DNA of 64,000 nt from Myxococcales bacterium (GTDB taxonomy: Bacteria > Myxococcota > Myxococcia > Myxococcales > UBA5297): NCBI GenBank assembly GCA_037442205.1, contig JBBIQS010000017.1, positions 21,964-85,963 on the forward strand, read 5' to 3'. Below, piece after piece: positions 7,821 through 16,058 of the stretch. Each line of letters begins with the position of its first letter. Position 1 is the first letter of the stretch. The translations under genes and the position numbers were made by a program. Under the pieces are notes generated by a model. It had not been told where the DNA came from, searched no databases, and saw only the letters and a program-made list of their open reading frames with translations.

Positions 7821-9644
7821 ATGCGGCGGGCACAGGTTCTCCTCTTCCTCCTCCTTCTTGCTGTACCGCTGGTCGCTCGCGGTGAGACCGCCGAGCCGGC
7901 CGACGCCGAGCTCGAAGTCCTGCACTCGAGCCTGCTGCCCGACCAGCGAGCGGGAATTTCCTCGGCCGTCCGCAATCTCGCCCGGCTGCCGCGCTATCGC
8001 ATCGACGCTCGCCTGGAGCCCGACGCCTTCCGCCTGCTCGCCACCGAGGAGGTCTCGGTCTTCGTCGAGGCCGAGACCCGCGAGCTCTTCTTCCGCATCC
8101 CGGCCAACGCCGCCTTCCTCGACCGCGGGCTGGGGGCTCCGGTGTCGGTGGCGCTCTCCGACGACTCGCCGACGCTGCGCGCCGAGTCGGTGCGCCCGGG
8201 GCTTCTCCGCGTCGGCCTGGACGTGCCGGCTCCGGCGGGCTCGCTGCTCGCGGTGCGGTTCGAGGTCATCGCCAACGTCCCCAAGCAGTCCGCCAGCGCC
8301 CCCGCCGCCCAGCTGATGCAGCAGGCGATGGCTTTCATGGGCGGCGGGATGGCCCGCGATCGCCAGACCGACTACGGCGCCTTCGGCTGCCAGGATGGCG
8401 TCTTCCACCTCGCGGGAGCCTTCCCCGAGCTGGTGGCGCCCGAGGCCGGCGGCATCGATCTCGCCGGCGAGGCGGGCCTGGGCGAGCCGCGCTGGGGGGC
8501 GCTCGGTCACTACACGATTTCGCTGGTGACTCCGGCGGGTTGGCTGACCGCGGGCACCGGGACGGTGGTGGGCGAGACGGTCGAGCGCGACGGCAGTCGC
8601 CGGGTGACGCGGGTGGCGGCGGCGGTGCGCGGGGCAGCGCTGGTGGCCGGCCAGGGCTTCGCCGAGCAGAAGCTGAGCGCCGGCCCGGTCCGGGTGCGCC
8701 TGATCTCGCGGCCCGAATTCGCGGCCCAGGGCAAGAAACTGCTCGACACCGCCGCGCGCGCCGTCCGCTTCTTCGCATCCAAGCTGGGGCCCTATCCCTG
8801 GTCGGATCTGGAGCTGGCCGAGGCCCCGCTCATCGACGGGATGGAGTGCCTCTCGTGGCCGGGCTTGATCAGCGCCTCCTCGATGCTGATCGATCCCGAC
8901 GCCTCAAATGCGGTGGCCGGCCTAGTCCCCAACCCCGAGCAGACCTACGACGCGGTGCTCGAACTGGCGGTCGCGCACCATGTCGCCCACCAGTGGATCA
9001 AGGGAGTGGTCGGCTCGGATGCCCGGCTCCACGCCTCCCTGCACGAGCCGCTGGCGCTCTGGCTTGGCATCGCCTACGTCGAACAGCGGCGCGGGGCCGA
9101 CAGCGCCAAGGCGCTGCTCGAGCAGCAGGTCCGCCGGGCCTACCGCATCTACCGGATGCTGGGCGGGGCCGATGCGCGGGTCGATCGCCCCATCGACGAG
9201 TATCGGGGCCGGGCCGAGATCGACGCCCTGCTCCACGGCAAGGCTGTCCTCTTCTTCGAGGCGCTGCGCAAGCTGGCCGGCGACAAGCTCCTGTGGGCTG
9301 GCCTCAAGCGCTACCTGACGCAAGAGCGCTTCCATCAACTGGAGACCGAGGGGCTGCTGCCGGCGCTTGCGGGAGTGGCGCCGGCCAAGGCCGAGCGCGC
9401 GCTCCAGCTCTACGACCGCTACTTCCACCAGCTGCACGGCGACGAAGACGTCGGTGGCCCGATGTCGCTGGAGGCTTTGCTCAAGGCGGCTGGGATGCAG
9501 CTCCCGCCGGGAATGCCAGGGATGTCGGGAATTCCGGGCGCCAACTCGGGCAGCTTCGTCCCAGTCGCGCCGGTCGCGCCGCCCAAGGCTGCTCCGCCGG
9601 CTCCGCCGGCCTCCGGCAGCGGCCAGCCGGCCACGCATCCCTGA
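7821..9644 (+). CDS. Secreted M1-family (aminopeptidase N-like) metallopeptidase homolog with altered active-site motif; Pro/Ala-rich C-terminal tail
   Basis: Track ORF of 607 aa with signal peptide MRRAQVLLFLLLLAVPLVARG. GxMEN-like DGMEC, VAHHVAHQW in place of HExxHxW, and a distal Glu 19 residues after the second His (LHEPLALW). Confidence 0.7.
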   Translation: MRRAQVLLFLLLLAVPLVARGETAEPADAELEVLHSSLLPDQRAGISSAVRNLARLPRYRIDARLEPDAFRLLATEEVSVFVEAETRELFFRIPANAAFLDRGLGAPVSVALSDDSPTLRAESVRPGLLRVGLDVPAPAGSLLAVRFEVIANVPKQSASAPAAQLMQQAMAFMGGGMARDRQTDYGAFGCQDGVFHLAGAFPELVAPEAGGIDLAGEAGLGEPRWGALGHYTISLVTPAGWLTAGTGTVVGETVERDGSRRVTRVAAAVRGAALVAGQGFAEQKLSAGPVRVRLISRPEFAAQGKKLLDTAARAVRFFASKLGPYPWSDLELAEAPLIDGMECLSWPGLISASSMLIDPDASNAVAGLVPNPEQTYDAVLELAVAHHVAHQWIKGVVGSDARLHASLHEPLALWLGIAYVEQRRGADSAKALLEQQVRRAYRIYRMLGGADARVDRPIDEYRGRAEIDALLHGKAVLFFEALRKLAGDKLLWAGLKRYLTQERFHQLETEGLLPALAGVAPAKAERALQLYDRYFHQLHGDEDVGGPMSLEALLKAAGMQLPPGMPGMSGIPGANSGSFVPVAPVAPPKAAPPAPPASGSGQPATHP

Positions 9645-9660
9645 GGAAATCCAGGCCGTT

Positions 9661-10329
9661 TCAGCTGCCCAGAACCGCCAGCACCCGCGGGTCCTCGAGG
9701 GTGGCCACGCACAGTTCGGCTCCCAGCTTGGAGAGCTCGCCGACTCCGTAGCGCCCGGTGGCCACCAGCACGCAGCGCGCCCCGGCCGCCCTCGCCGCCG
9801 TCAGATCGCGCGGCGTGTCGCCGATGATCCAGGGATCGGCCGCCTTCCGGCCCAGGATCCGCTCGCCGCGGGCCAAACCCGCACGGATCAGCGCGGCGCG
9901 ATCTTCATGGTCGTCGCCGAAGCCGCCGAAGCCGAAGTGGCGGTTGAGCCCGCCCCTCTCGAGCTTGATGCGCGCCCCGGCTTCGACGTTGCCGGTCCCC
10001 AATCCCAGCACCCGGCCGCGTGCGACCAGCGCCTCCAGCAGCACCTCGACCCCGGGGTAGATGAGGTAGCTCTTGGAGGCCGCCACCTCCTCGGCCAGGT
10101 ACTCGAGGTAGGACTCGATCATCCGGTCGATGTCGTCCTCGCCCCAGGCGCGCTCGAGCTGATGCAGCGCCGCGCGGACGATGGCCCGGTCGGTCATCCC
10201 GTCGAAGAGGATGCCGTCGAAGAAGTTGGGCTTGCCGTGCAGCCTCGCGGCGGCGCGGTCGATGGCCCGCCGGCCGGCTCCGCCGGTGTCCACCAGGGTT
10301 CCGTCGATGTCGAAGAGCGCCAGGTCCAC
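9661..10329 (-). CDS. HAD-superfamily hydrolase (phosphoglycolate phosphatase-like, subfamily IA)
   Basis: Track ORF of 222 aa. Motif I LFDIDGTLVDT, motif II GLGTGN, motif IV IIGDTPRDLTAA. Confidence 0.8.
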   Translation of the reverse strand: MDLALFDIDGTLVDTGGAGRRAIDRAAARLHGKPNFFDGILFDGMTDRAIVRAALHQLERAWGEDDIDRMIESYLEYLAEEVAASKSYLIYPGVEVLLEALVARGRVLGLGTGNVEAGARIKLERGGLNRHFGFGGFGDDHEDRAALIRAGLARGERILGRKAADPWIIGDTPRDLTAARAAGARCVLVATGRYGVGELSKLGAELCVATLEDPRVLAVLGS

Positions 10330-10341
10330 GCTTGCTCGTCC

Positions 10342-12000
10342 CTACTCCGCGGCGGGGGCCGCGCGCTGGCCGCGCTTGTTGGCCATCACCGACTCGGCCA
10401 GGTTGCTCACCAGGTTGTTCACCCGCCGCAGGTAGGAGAACACGTCGAGGTGGATGGAGCTGGTGTCCAGGGTCTCCGGCAGCCCCTGGTGCAGGCGGCC
10501 GATGTGCTTCTGCTTGAGCTGGGTTTCGATGGTGATCAGGTAGTCGCGGTGGCGCAGGACCTTGCGCGCCAGCTCCTCGTCGCCGGTGGAGAAGGCGGTG
10601 ATCGCCAGGTCGAAGTTCTCCACCACCTTGCCGTGGAACAGCTCGATCTCCCGCTGGCCATCCGCGCTGAACTGCAGCCCGGCGACCGCCTTCTTGCGCG
10701 CCATGGAGAGCAGGTTCTTGTTGATGGTGTCGCCGGCGTTCTCGATGTCCGCGGTCATGGTGATCAGCGTCATCTGCCGCTCGGCCTGCTCCGGGGTCAT
10801 GTTCTCCTGGGCCAACCGCGCCAGGTAGAAGCGGATTTCCCGGTTGAGGATGTCGACCTTGTCGTCGCGGGCTTCGATGTCCTCGATCAGGTCGAGGTCG
10901 TTTTTGGCGAAGGCCCGCATGCTGTCCTGGAGCATGTCGCGCACGATGTCGCACATGCGCAGGAATTCGCGGGTGGCCAGCCCGAAGGCCAGCGACGGGG
11001 TTTCGATGGCCGCCGGGTCGAGGTAGCGGGGGCCGAACTTCTCCTGCTCCGGCGGCTTGTAGAAGCGGGTGATCAGCCCGGCCGCCAGCCCGGTGAAAGG
11101 CAGGAACAGCAGCGCCAGGATCACGTTGAACAGCGTGTGGGCGTTGGCGATCTGCCGCGCCAGGTCGTGGGCGGTCATCTCCACCAGCTTCTGGAACAGC
11201 GGCAGCAGCGGCAGGAAGATCCCCACCCCCGCCACCTTGAACAGCACGTGGCTCAGCGCGACCCGCTTGCCCTCCGGCTTCTGGCCCATCGAGGCCAGCA
11301 CCGGGGTGACGGTGGTCCCCAGGTTGGCGCCCAGCACCATCGGCAGCGCCGCCTCGAGGGTCAGCGGATGTGCCGCGCCGCCGGTCGAGGCCGAGTGCGC
11401 CAGCGACAACAGCAGGCCGATGGTCGGGGCCGAGCCCTGCAAGAGCACGGTGAAGCTGGCGGCCGCCAGCACGCCGAGGATCGGGTTGTCGGCGAAGTAC
11501 TCGGCGGCCCGGCCGAAGGCCTCGCCGCGGGTGAGGGGCGAGGCCCCGTCGCTCATCAGCTTGAGGCCGTAGAACAGCAGGCCGAAGCCGAGGATCGAAT
11601 CGCCCAGGTAGCGGGCCTGGCGCTTGCGGGTGCCGAAGCGGATGGCGAAGCCGATGAAGGCCAGCAGCAGCGCGTAGTTGCTCAGCCGGAACGAGAGCAG
11701 CTGGACGGTGATGGTGGTGCCGACGTCGGCCCCCAGCAGCACCGCCATCGCCTGGGCGAGGGTGAGGACCCCCGAGGCGGCGAAGCCGACCAGCATCACC
11801 GTGGTGGCGGTGGAGGACTGGATGATGGCGGTGACCCCGGCCCCGGAGAGCAGCCCCAGCACCCGGCTCTTGGTGACCGCGCCGACGATGGTGCGCAGCT
11901 TCTCGCCGGCCAGCTTCTGCAGGCCGTCGCGGGCCAGGCCCAGGCCGTGGAGGAAGATGGCCAGTCCGCCCAGGGTGATGGTCAGGTCGAGGAAGGTCAT
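10342..12000 (-). CDS. Na+/phosphate cotransporter family protein with C-terminal PhoU-like domains
   Basis: Inside track ORF 10342..12039, with ATG at 12000 (MTFLDLTITLGG). N-terminal polytopic region with GVTAIIQSSTATTVMLVG and a GSAPTIGLL repeat. Cytoplasmic PhoU-like helices follow (DDKVDILNREIRFYLARL). Confidence 0.8.
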   Translation of the reverse strand: MTFLDLTITLGGLAIFLHGLGLARDGLQKLAGEKLRTIVGAVTKSRVLGLLSGAGVTAIIQSSTATTVMLVGFAASGVLTLAQAMAVLLGADVGTTITVQLLSFRLSNYALLLAFIGFAIRFGTRKRQARYLGDSILGFGLLFYGLKLMSDGASPLTRGEAFGRAAEYFADNPILGVLAAASFTVLLQGSAPTIGLLLSLAHSASTGGAAHPLTLEAALPMVLGANLGTTVTPVLASMGQKPEGKRVALSHVLFKVAGVGIFLPLLPLFQKLVEMTAHDLARQIANAHTLFNVILALLFLPFTGLAAGLITRFYKPPEQEKFGPRYLDPAAIETPSLAFGLATREFLRMCDIVRDMLQDSMRAFAKNDLDLIEDIEARDDKVDILNREIRFYLARLAQENMTPEQAERQMTLITMTADIENAGDTINKNLLSMARKKAVAGLQFSADGQREIELFHGKVVENFDLAITAFSTGDEELARKVLRHRDYLITIETQLKQKHIGRLHQGLPETLDTSSIHLDVFSYLRRVNNLVSNLAESVMANKRGQRAAPAAE

Positions 12001-12197
12001 GGTGGCCCGACGAGAGGGCGTCGGCGAGCTTAGCCGCACAGCGAGAGGGCTGCGAATTAATCGACACTGACCGCGGCAGGTCAGACCCGCGCCAAGAGGA
12101 GGCGGATGGACGGCGGCAGGGCGGGGAAGTCGGCGCCTTCAAGGAGCGCGAGCGAGGCGCTGCTTGCCGCGACGCGCCGCGGTGCCAGCTTCAAATC

Positions 12198-12668
12198 ATG
12201 AACGTCCTGCGCCTGCTCATGCAGCAACACGATCGGATCGAGGGGCTGCTGGTGGACCTGACCCAGGCCAGCCGCCAGGGCGGCGGCGAGCGGGAGCGGG
12301 CCCTGGCCGAGTTCGGCCGGGAGATGCGCCGCCACTTCGCCTTGGAGGAAGCGCTCTTCTACTCGGCACTGCGAGGGCGGCTGATCCTGGTCGAGGCCGG
12401 CCGCTTCCTCGACGAGCACCGCCGGCTCGAGGCGCTGGCCGCCGACCTGGAGTCGCAGGTCGGAGGGCCGCAGTTCGAGGACACCTTGGAGTCGGTCCAC
12501 GGCCTGCTCGTCCAGCACGTCAGCGACGAGGAGATCGAGCTCTTTCCGGAGGTGAAGCGCCGGCTGAGCCTGGACGAGCTCGACACCATGGGCGAGCACT
12601 TCGAGCGGGCGCTGGAGGGCGAGCCACTGCCGCCGGTCGAGGAACCCGCCACGCACCCGGAGACTTGA
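12198..12668 (+). CDS. Hemerythrin (HHE cation-binding) domain protein
   Basis: Track ORF of 156 aa. Pattern LLMQQHDRIEGLL ... HFALEEALFY ... HVSDEEIELFP is typical of hemerythrin-like four-helix bundles. Confidence 0.7.
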   Translation: MNVLRLLMQQHDRIEGLLVDLTQASRQGGGERERALAEFGREMRRHFALEEALFYSALRGRLILVEAGRFLDEHRRLEALAADLESQVGGPQFEDTLESVHGLLVQHVSDEEIELFPEVKRRLSLDELDTMGEHFERALEGEPLPPVEEPATHPET

Positions 12669-12777
12669 CGAGCCGGGGAGCCCCAGCTCGTCGCGAGTCA
12701 GCGAGGGGCAGGCGTCCGGCCCAGGGCAGCGCGGGCTTGGAGCCCGGCGCTCGGCCGTCAATGCCGCTACTGGGGTT

Positions 12778-13314
12778 TCAGCCCCACAACCCGGCCAGCC
12801 AGAGCCGCAGGCGCATGCCGAGCTCGGAGGTGTAGCCGACCTCGGCAAAGCGGATTACGCCATTGCGATCGAGGAAGAGCGTGGTCGGGAAGCCCTGCAC
12901 GCCGAAGCGGTGCGCCAGCTTGCCCTCTTGATCGAGCACCACCGGGAAGCTCAGGCCGTTGGCCTTGAGGTAGCTGGCGACCTTGGCGGCGTCGCCCGAT
13001 TCGGCAGCGATGGTGATGACCTTCCGGTCGGACGCCAGCGACTGGATGCTTCCCTTCTCCATGGCACAGACCGAGCACCAGGTGGCCCAGAAGTGGACCG
13101 CCACCGGCTGGCCCTTCAAATCGGCGAGCGCCAGGGTGGTGCCATCCAGGGTCCTGCCCGACAGCTCGGGCGAGGGGCCGCTGGGGAGATTGCGCTGCTG
13201 CCAGGCGCGCATGCCAACGAGCACCGCCAGGATGAGCGCCGCGTCGATTAGTCTGCCGCGCCACTTGCTTCGCCGGGGCTTGGCTGGCTGCTCGGGTTTC
13301 GATTCCGCTTCCAT
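12778..13314 (-). CDS. TlpA/ResA-like thiol:disulfide oxidoreductase (membrane-anchored thioredoxin fold)
   Basis: Track ORF of 178 aa with N-terminal anchor LIDAALILAVLVGM. Redoxin motif VHFWATWCSVCAME (CxxC). Confidence 0.8.
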   Translation of the reverse strand: MEAESKPEQPAKPRRSKWRGRLIDAALILAVLVGMRAWQQRNLPSGPSPELSGRTLDGTTLALADLKGQPVAVHFWATWCSVCAMEKGSIQSLASDRKVITIAAESGDAAKVASYLKANGLSFPVVLDQEGKLAHRFGVQGFPTTLFLDRNGVIRFAEVGYTSELGMRLRLWLAGLWG

Positions 13315-13440
13315 GCGGCTTTAGAGCCTCGCACAGCGGCGAAAGTTTCGCCCTGCCGTCGCCATGGGCCGGCGGCGCCTTGATCGGACGGCCGCCGCCG
13401 AACCCTTCCCTTGGGATGCTCCCGGGATTCGCCGGCTCGC

Positions 13441-15588
13441 CTACGGGCCCAGCTTGAGCAGTTCTCCGCCCTGCCCGGCGGCGTAGACCGTCGAACCGAT
13501 TCCATGGATGGCGACGATCGGGCTGCTGGCGACGTCGCGATACCGCGTCCAGCCGAGGCCGTCCCAGTGGACGATGTCGTTGGGGGCGCCGAACTCTCCC
13601 GAGCGCCCGACCCACACGTCGTTGGGCCCAGTTCCCCAGAGCGGCCGGTAGAACACGTAACTGTCGATGATCACCTCTGTCCACCAGGTGGTGGCGTCGA
13701 AGTGCATCAGATGGCCGGGCCCGCCGGCCCACACCTCGCCGCCGCTTCCCCAGACCTTGTAGAAGGCGCCGTACGTCGACAGGAAGCGATCCCATCCGCT
13801 CCCGTTCCACCGATACATCCCGTCGTCGGAGGCAACCCAGACGTTCGAGGGACTCCCCACCCACACGTCGTTGGCGTTGGCGTAGGTCGACGACGAGGCG
13901 CTCGGCTTGACCGTCCAGGCGGTGCCGTCCCAGTGCGCCGTCTTGCCCTGATAGCCGACGGTCCAGACGTCGTTCGGACCGGAGCCTCGCACCGAGTAGT
14001 AGTGCGCCAGTCCCGCCGGGTTGCCGGTGCTCCAAGCAGTGCCGTCGTAGTGGATGAGCGCGCCCAGGCCGACCGCCCAGACGTCCGTCGAAGAGGTGCC
14101 CCAGACCGCGTCGAAGAAGCCCGAGCTGTAGCCGCTCCAGATGGTACCGTCCCAGTGCCGCATCCCCTTGCCGGTCGCCAGCCAGGCATCGGTGGCCGAG
14201 GACGCCCAGAGCCCCAGGTTGCTGTGCATCGGCGGTGTGACTTCCGCCCACGCCGCGCCGTTCCAGTGCGTCAGCAGCCCGTTGGTCCCCGCCCCCCAGG
14301 CCTCGCTCGGCCCCGCGCTCCAGATGTCGCGCAGCTCGCCGTAGCCGGTCGTGGCTGGCCAGTAGGTCCATGCGCTCCCGTTCCAGTGGTGGGCGCCCTG
14401 GGCGTTGGTCGCCCAGACGTCGCTCGCGGATGAGCCCCCGAGCGCTGGAGAGGACGAGGTGTAGAAATCGTGCTCCGTCGGGTGGGCGGCGTCGTTCTCG
14501 GGGAAGGTCAGGACCAGCGAGGACGACTTGGCGAAGCTATAGCCGGCGGCGAAGACGTGGCTCGGATCAGCGACCAGCACCGAGCTCAGATCCTGGCTGA
14601 TGGTCGCGACGGTGCTCCAGTTCCTGCCGTCGTAGTGCAGCAATCCTCCCGACGCGATGGCCCAGACGTCCGAGCTGCCGAGTCCCGAGAGAGCCTCCAC
14701 GTAGGTGTTGGCGACGGTAAGGGGTGCGGCGGAGAGGTTCTGGCCATCCCAGTAAAGGAAGAGCTTGTCGCCCCCGATCCAGACGTCGGCGACCGACGAT
14801 CCCCACAGCAACCGGAGCGAATTGCAGGTCGGGGCGGCGAGCTTGCTCCAACCGGCGGCAGTGCGGTGCAGCACGGTCCCCAAGGTGCCGACCGCGTAGA
14901 GATTGGTGGCCGAGGTGCCCCACAGTCCGGAGAGCGTTTCGCAGGTACCGCTCTCCTCCGCCGACCAGGAGGTTCCGTTGTAGTGCAGGATTGTGCCGCC
15001 CACGCCCGCTGCCCACACGTCGTTGGCCGAAGCGCCCCAGACCGCGTAAAGCGTCTGGCCCTGCGGCTGAGGTTCGACCCAGGTCCAATGGTTTCTTCCG
15101 CAGAGCTGGGTGCCGAAGGGGCCGGCGTGAGGATCGACGCAGCCTCCGGGGCCAGGCGCGCCCGCGTCGAAGGGCACGCCAGAGTCCGCCGCACCGGCGT
15201 CAGATCCCGCGTCCGGCCCGGGAGTCGCGGCGTCGGGCGCAGGCGTGCCCGCGTCCGGAGAGCCTGAATCCGGGTGGCCCGCATCAGTCGAGCCCGCGTC
15301 GGGAGATCCGGCGTCGTGTGGTCCTGTGTCGGGCGATCCGGCGTCGTGTGGTCCTGCGTCGGGCGATCCCGCGTCGTGGCCGGCGTCCCCAGGTTTGCCG
15401 GCGTCTATCTTCGCCGCCCCAGCGTCCGGGCTGGATCCCGCGTCGTCGGCCGCGACCTCGGCGTCGAAATCCCCGGCGTCCCACGTTTCGGCCTGCGGAT
15501 CGGCGCAGCCCGCGCAGCTCGCGAGCGAGGCCGCCAAGGCCAGAGCGACAAGCCACCGAGAAAGAACCACGGTTTCACCGCCTTCCAA
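13441..15588 (-). CDS. Large lipoprotein with Asp/Ala/Gly/Ser/Pro low-complexity linker and about 14 DVW-type beta-propeller-like repeats
   Basis: Track ORF of 715 aa, starting at TTG 15588 or alternatively GTG 15571. Lipobox LASCAGC. Linker with (DAGSPDxGPH)n. Repeats of the type WG.s..DVWAVG..G.ilHyDGt.Ws recur about every 40 aa. Confidence 0.75.
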   Translation of the reverse strand: MEGGETVVLSRWLVALALAASLASCAGCADPQAETWDAGDFDAEVAADDAGSSPDAGAAKIDAGKPGDAGHDAGSPDAGPHDAGSPDTGPHDAGSPDAGSTDAGHPDSGSPDAGTPAPDAATPGPDAGSDAGAADSGVPFDAGAPGPGGCVDPHAGPFGTQLCGRNHWTWVEPQPQGQTLYAVWGASANDVWAAGVGGTILHYNGTSWSAEESGTCETLSGLWGTSATNLYAVGTLGTVLHRTAAGWSKLAAPTCNSLRLLWGSSVADVWIGGDKLFLYWDGQNLSAAPLTVANTYVEALSGLGSSDVWAIASGGLLHYDGRNWSTVATISQDLSSVLVADPSHVFAAGYSFAKSSSLVLTFPENDAAHPTEHDFYTSSSPALGGSSASDVWATNAQGAHHWNGSAWTYWPATTGYGELRDIWSAGPSEAWGAGTNGLLTHWNGAAWAEVTPPMHSNLGLWASSATDAWLATGKGMRHWDGTIWSGYSSGFFDAVWGTSSTDVWAVGLGALIHYDGTAWSTGNPAGLAHYYSVRGSGPNDVWTVGYQGKTAHWDGTAWTVKPSASSSTYANANDVWVGSPSNVWVASDDGMYRWNGSGWDRFLSTYGAFYKVWGSGGEVWAGGPGHLMHFDATTWWTEVIIDSYVFYRPLWGTGPNDVWVGRSGEFGAPNDIVHWDGLGWTRYRDVASSPIVAIHGIGSTVYAAGQGGELLKLGP
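15298..15387 (-). repeat. 30-bp tandem repeat (about 3 copies) inside the coding region
   Basis: gtcgggagatccggcgtcgtgtggtcctgt / gtcgggcgatccggcgtcgtgtggtcctgc / a degenerate third copy. On the minus strand it encodes the DAGSPDxGPH decapeptide units. Confidence 0.85.
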
Positions 15589-15995
15589 GAAGATGCGCCC
15601 TTCGGCCGCGCCGAGACTGGCAGGGAGAACTAGAGATCATCGAGGGGTTTGTCGGCTAGAGCCGTCGAGAAGGGAAGAAGAGGTGCCGCCCGGCGGACTG
15701 TGGATGGAGCCCTTGCTGCGCACGGCGATGCCGGACCAGGACGGTAGCGGCAGCCGTGGTTATTCACGCCGGGCGGTAGGAGGCGTCAACCCATCTCCAT
15801 TTCTGGGAGTGCTCGCCTCGCGCTCTCCGCAGCGAGTTTTTGGCACTCTGGTCTGCCTCGCATCGTCGCGGGGGCCGCGGCCGGCTCACCAAAACGGATC
15901 GGGCGCTTCAGATTGGAGCGGCTCCAGGCGGAGCAGTCCTGCCGAGACGCCCAGTGATTTCAGCGGGTTGGCGCGTCTGATCGCCAGCGGGACGC

Positions 15996-16011
15996 CGGCA
16001 CGCGGCTTGCG
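15996..16011 (+). promoter_or_regulatory. Sigma-54-type -24/-12 promoter (cGGCACG-N4-TTGCg)
   Basis: GG at 15997..15998 and GC at 16009..16010, the exact consensus spacing of TGGCACG-N4-TTGCW. It sits 48 nt upstream of ATG 16059, and GGAGG lies 7 nt before the ATG. Confidence 0.5.
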
Positions 16012-16058
16012 GAAGGGTCAGCCGGACGACAGGGCAGGGCACCTGACGGAGGCGAGCC

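Noticed and set aside
9367-12033. 888-aa plus-strand ORF antisense to the HAD and Na/Pi transporter genes
   Set aside because: It has Arg/Gly/Pro/Gln-rich low-complexity sequence typical of antisense frames. The minus-strand frames give clean HAD and transporter motifs.
15298-15387. Possible CRISPR-like repeats
   Set aside because: The units are contiguous with no spacers, lie inside a coding region and encode a decapeptide repeat. No cas genes are present.
15841-15856. TGGCACtctggtcTGC sigma-54-like box preceded by a weak hairpin and a T5 run
   Set aside because: The GG-GC spacing is 11 nt, one too long. The hairpin has only 5 bp, and no plus-strand gene lies upstream for it to terminate.
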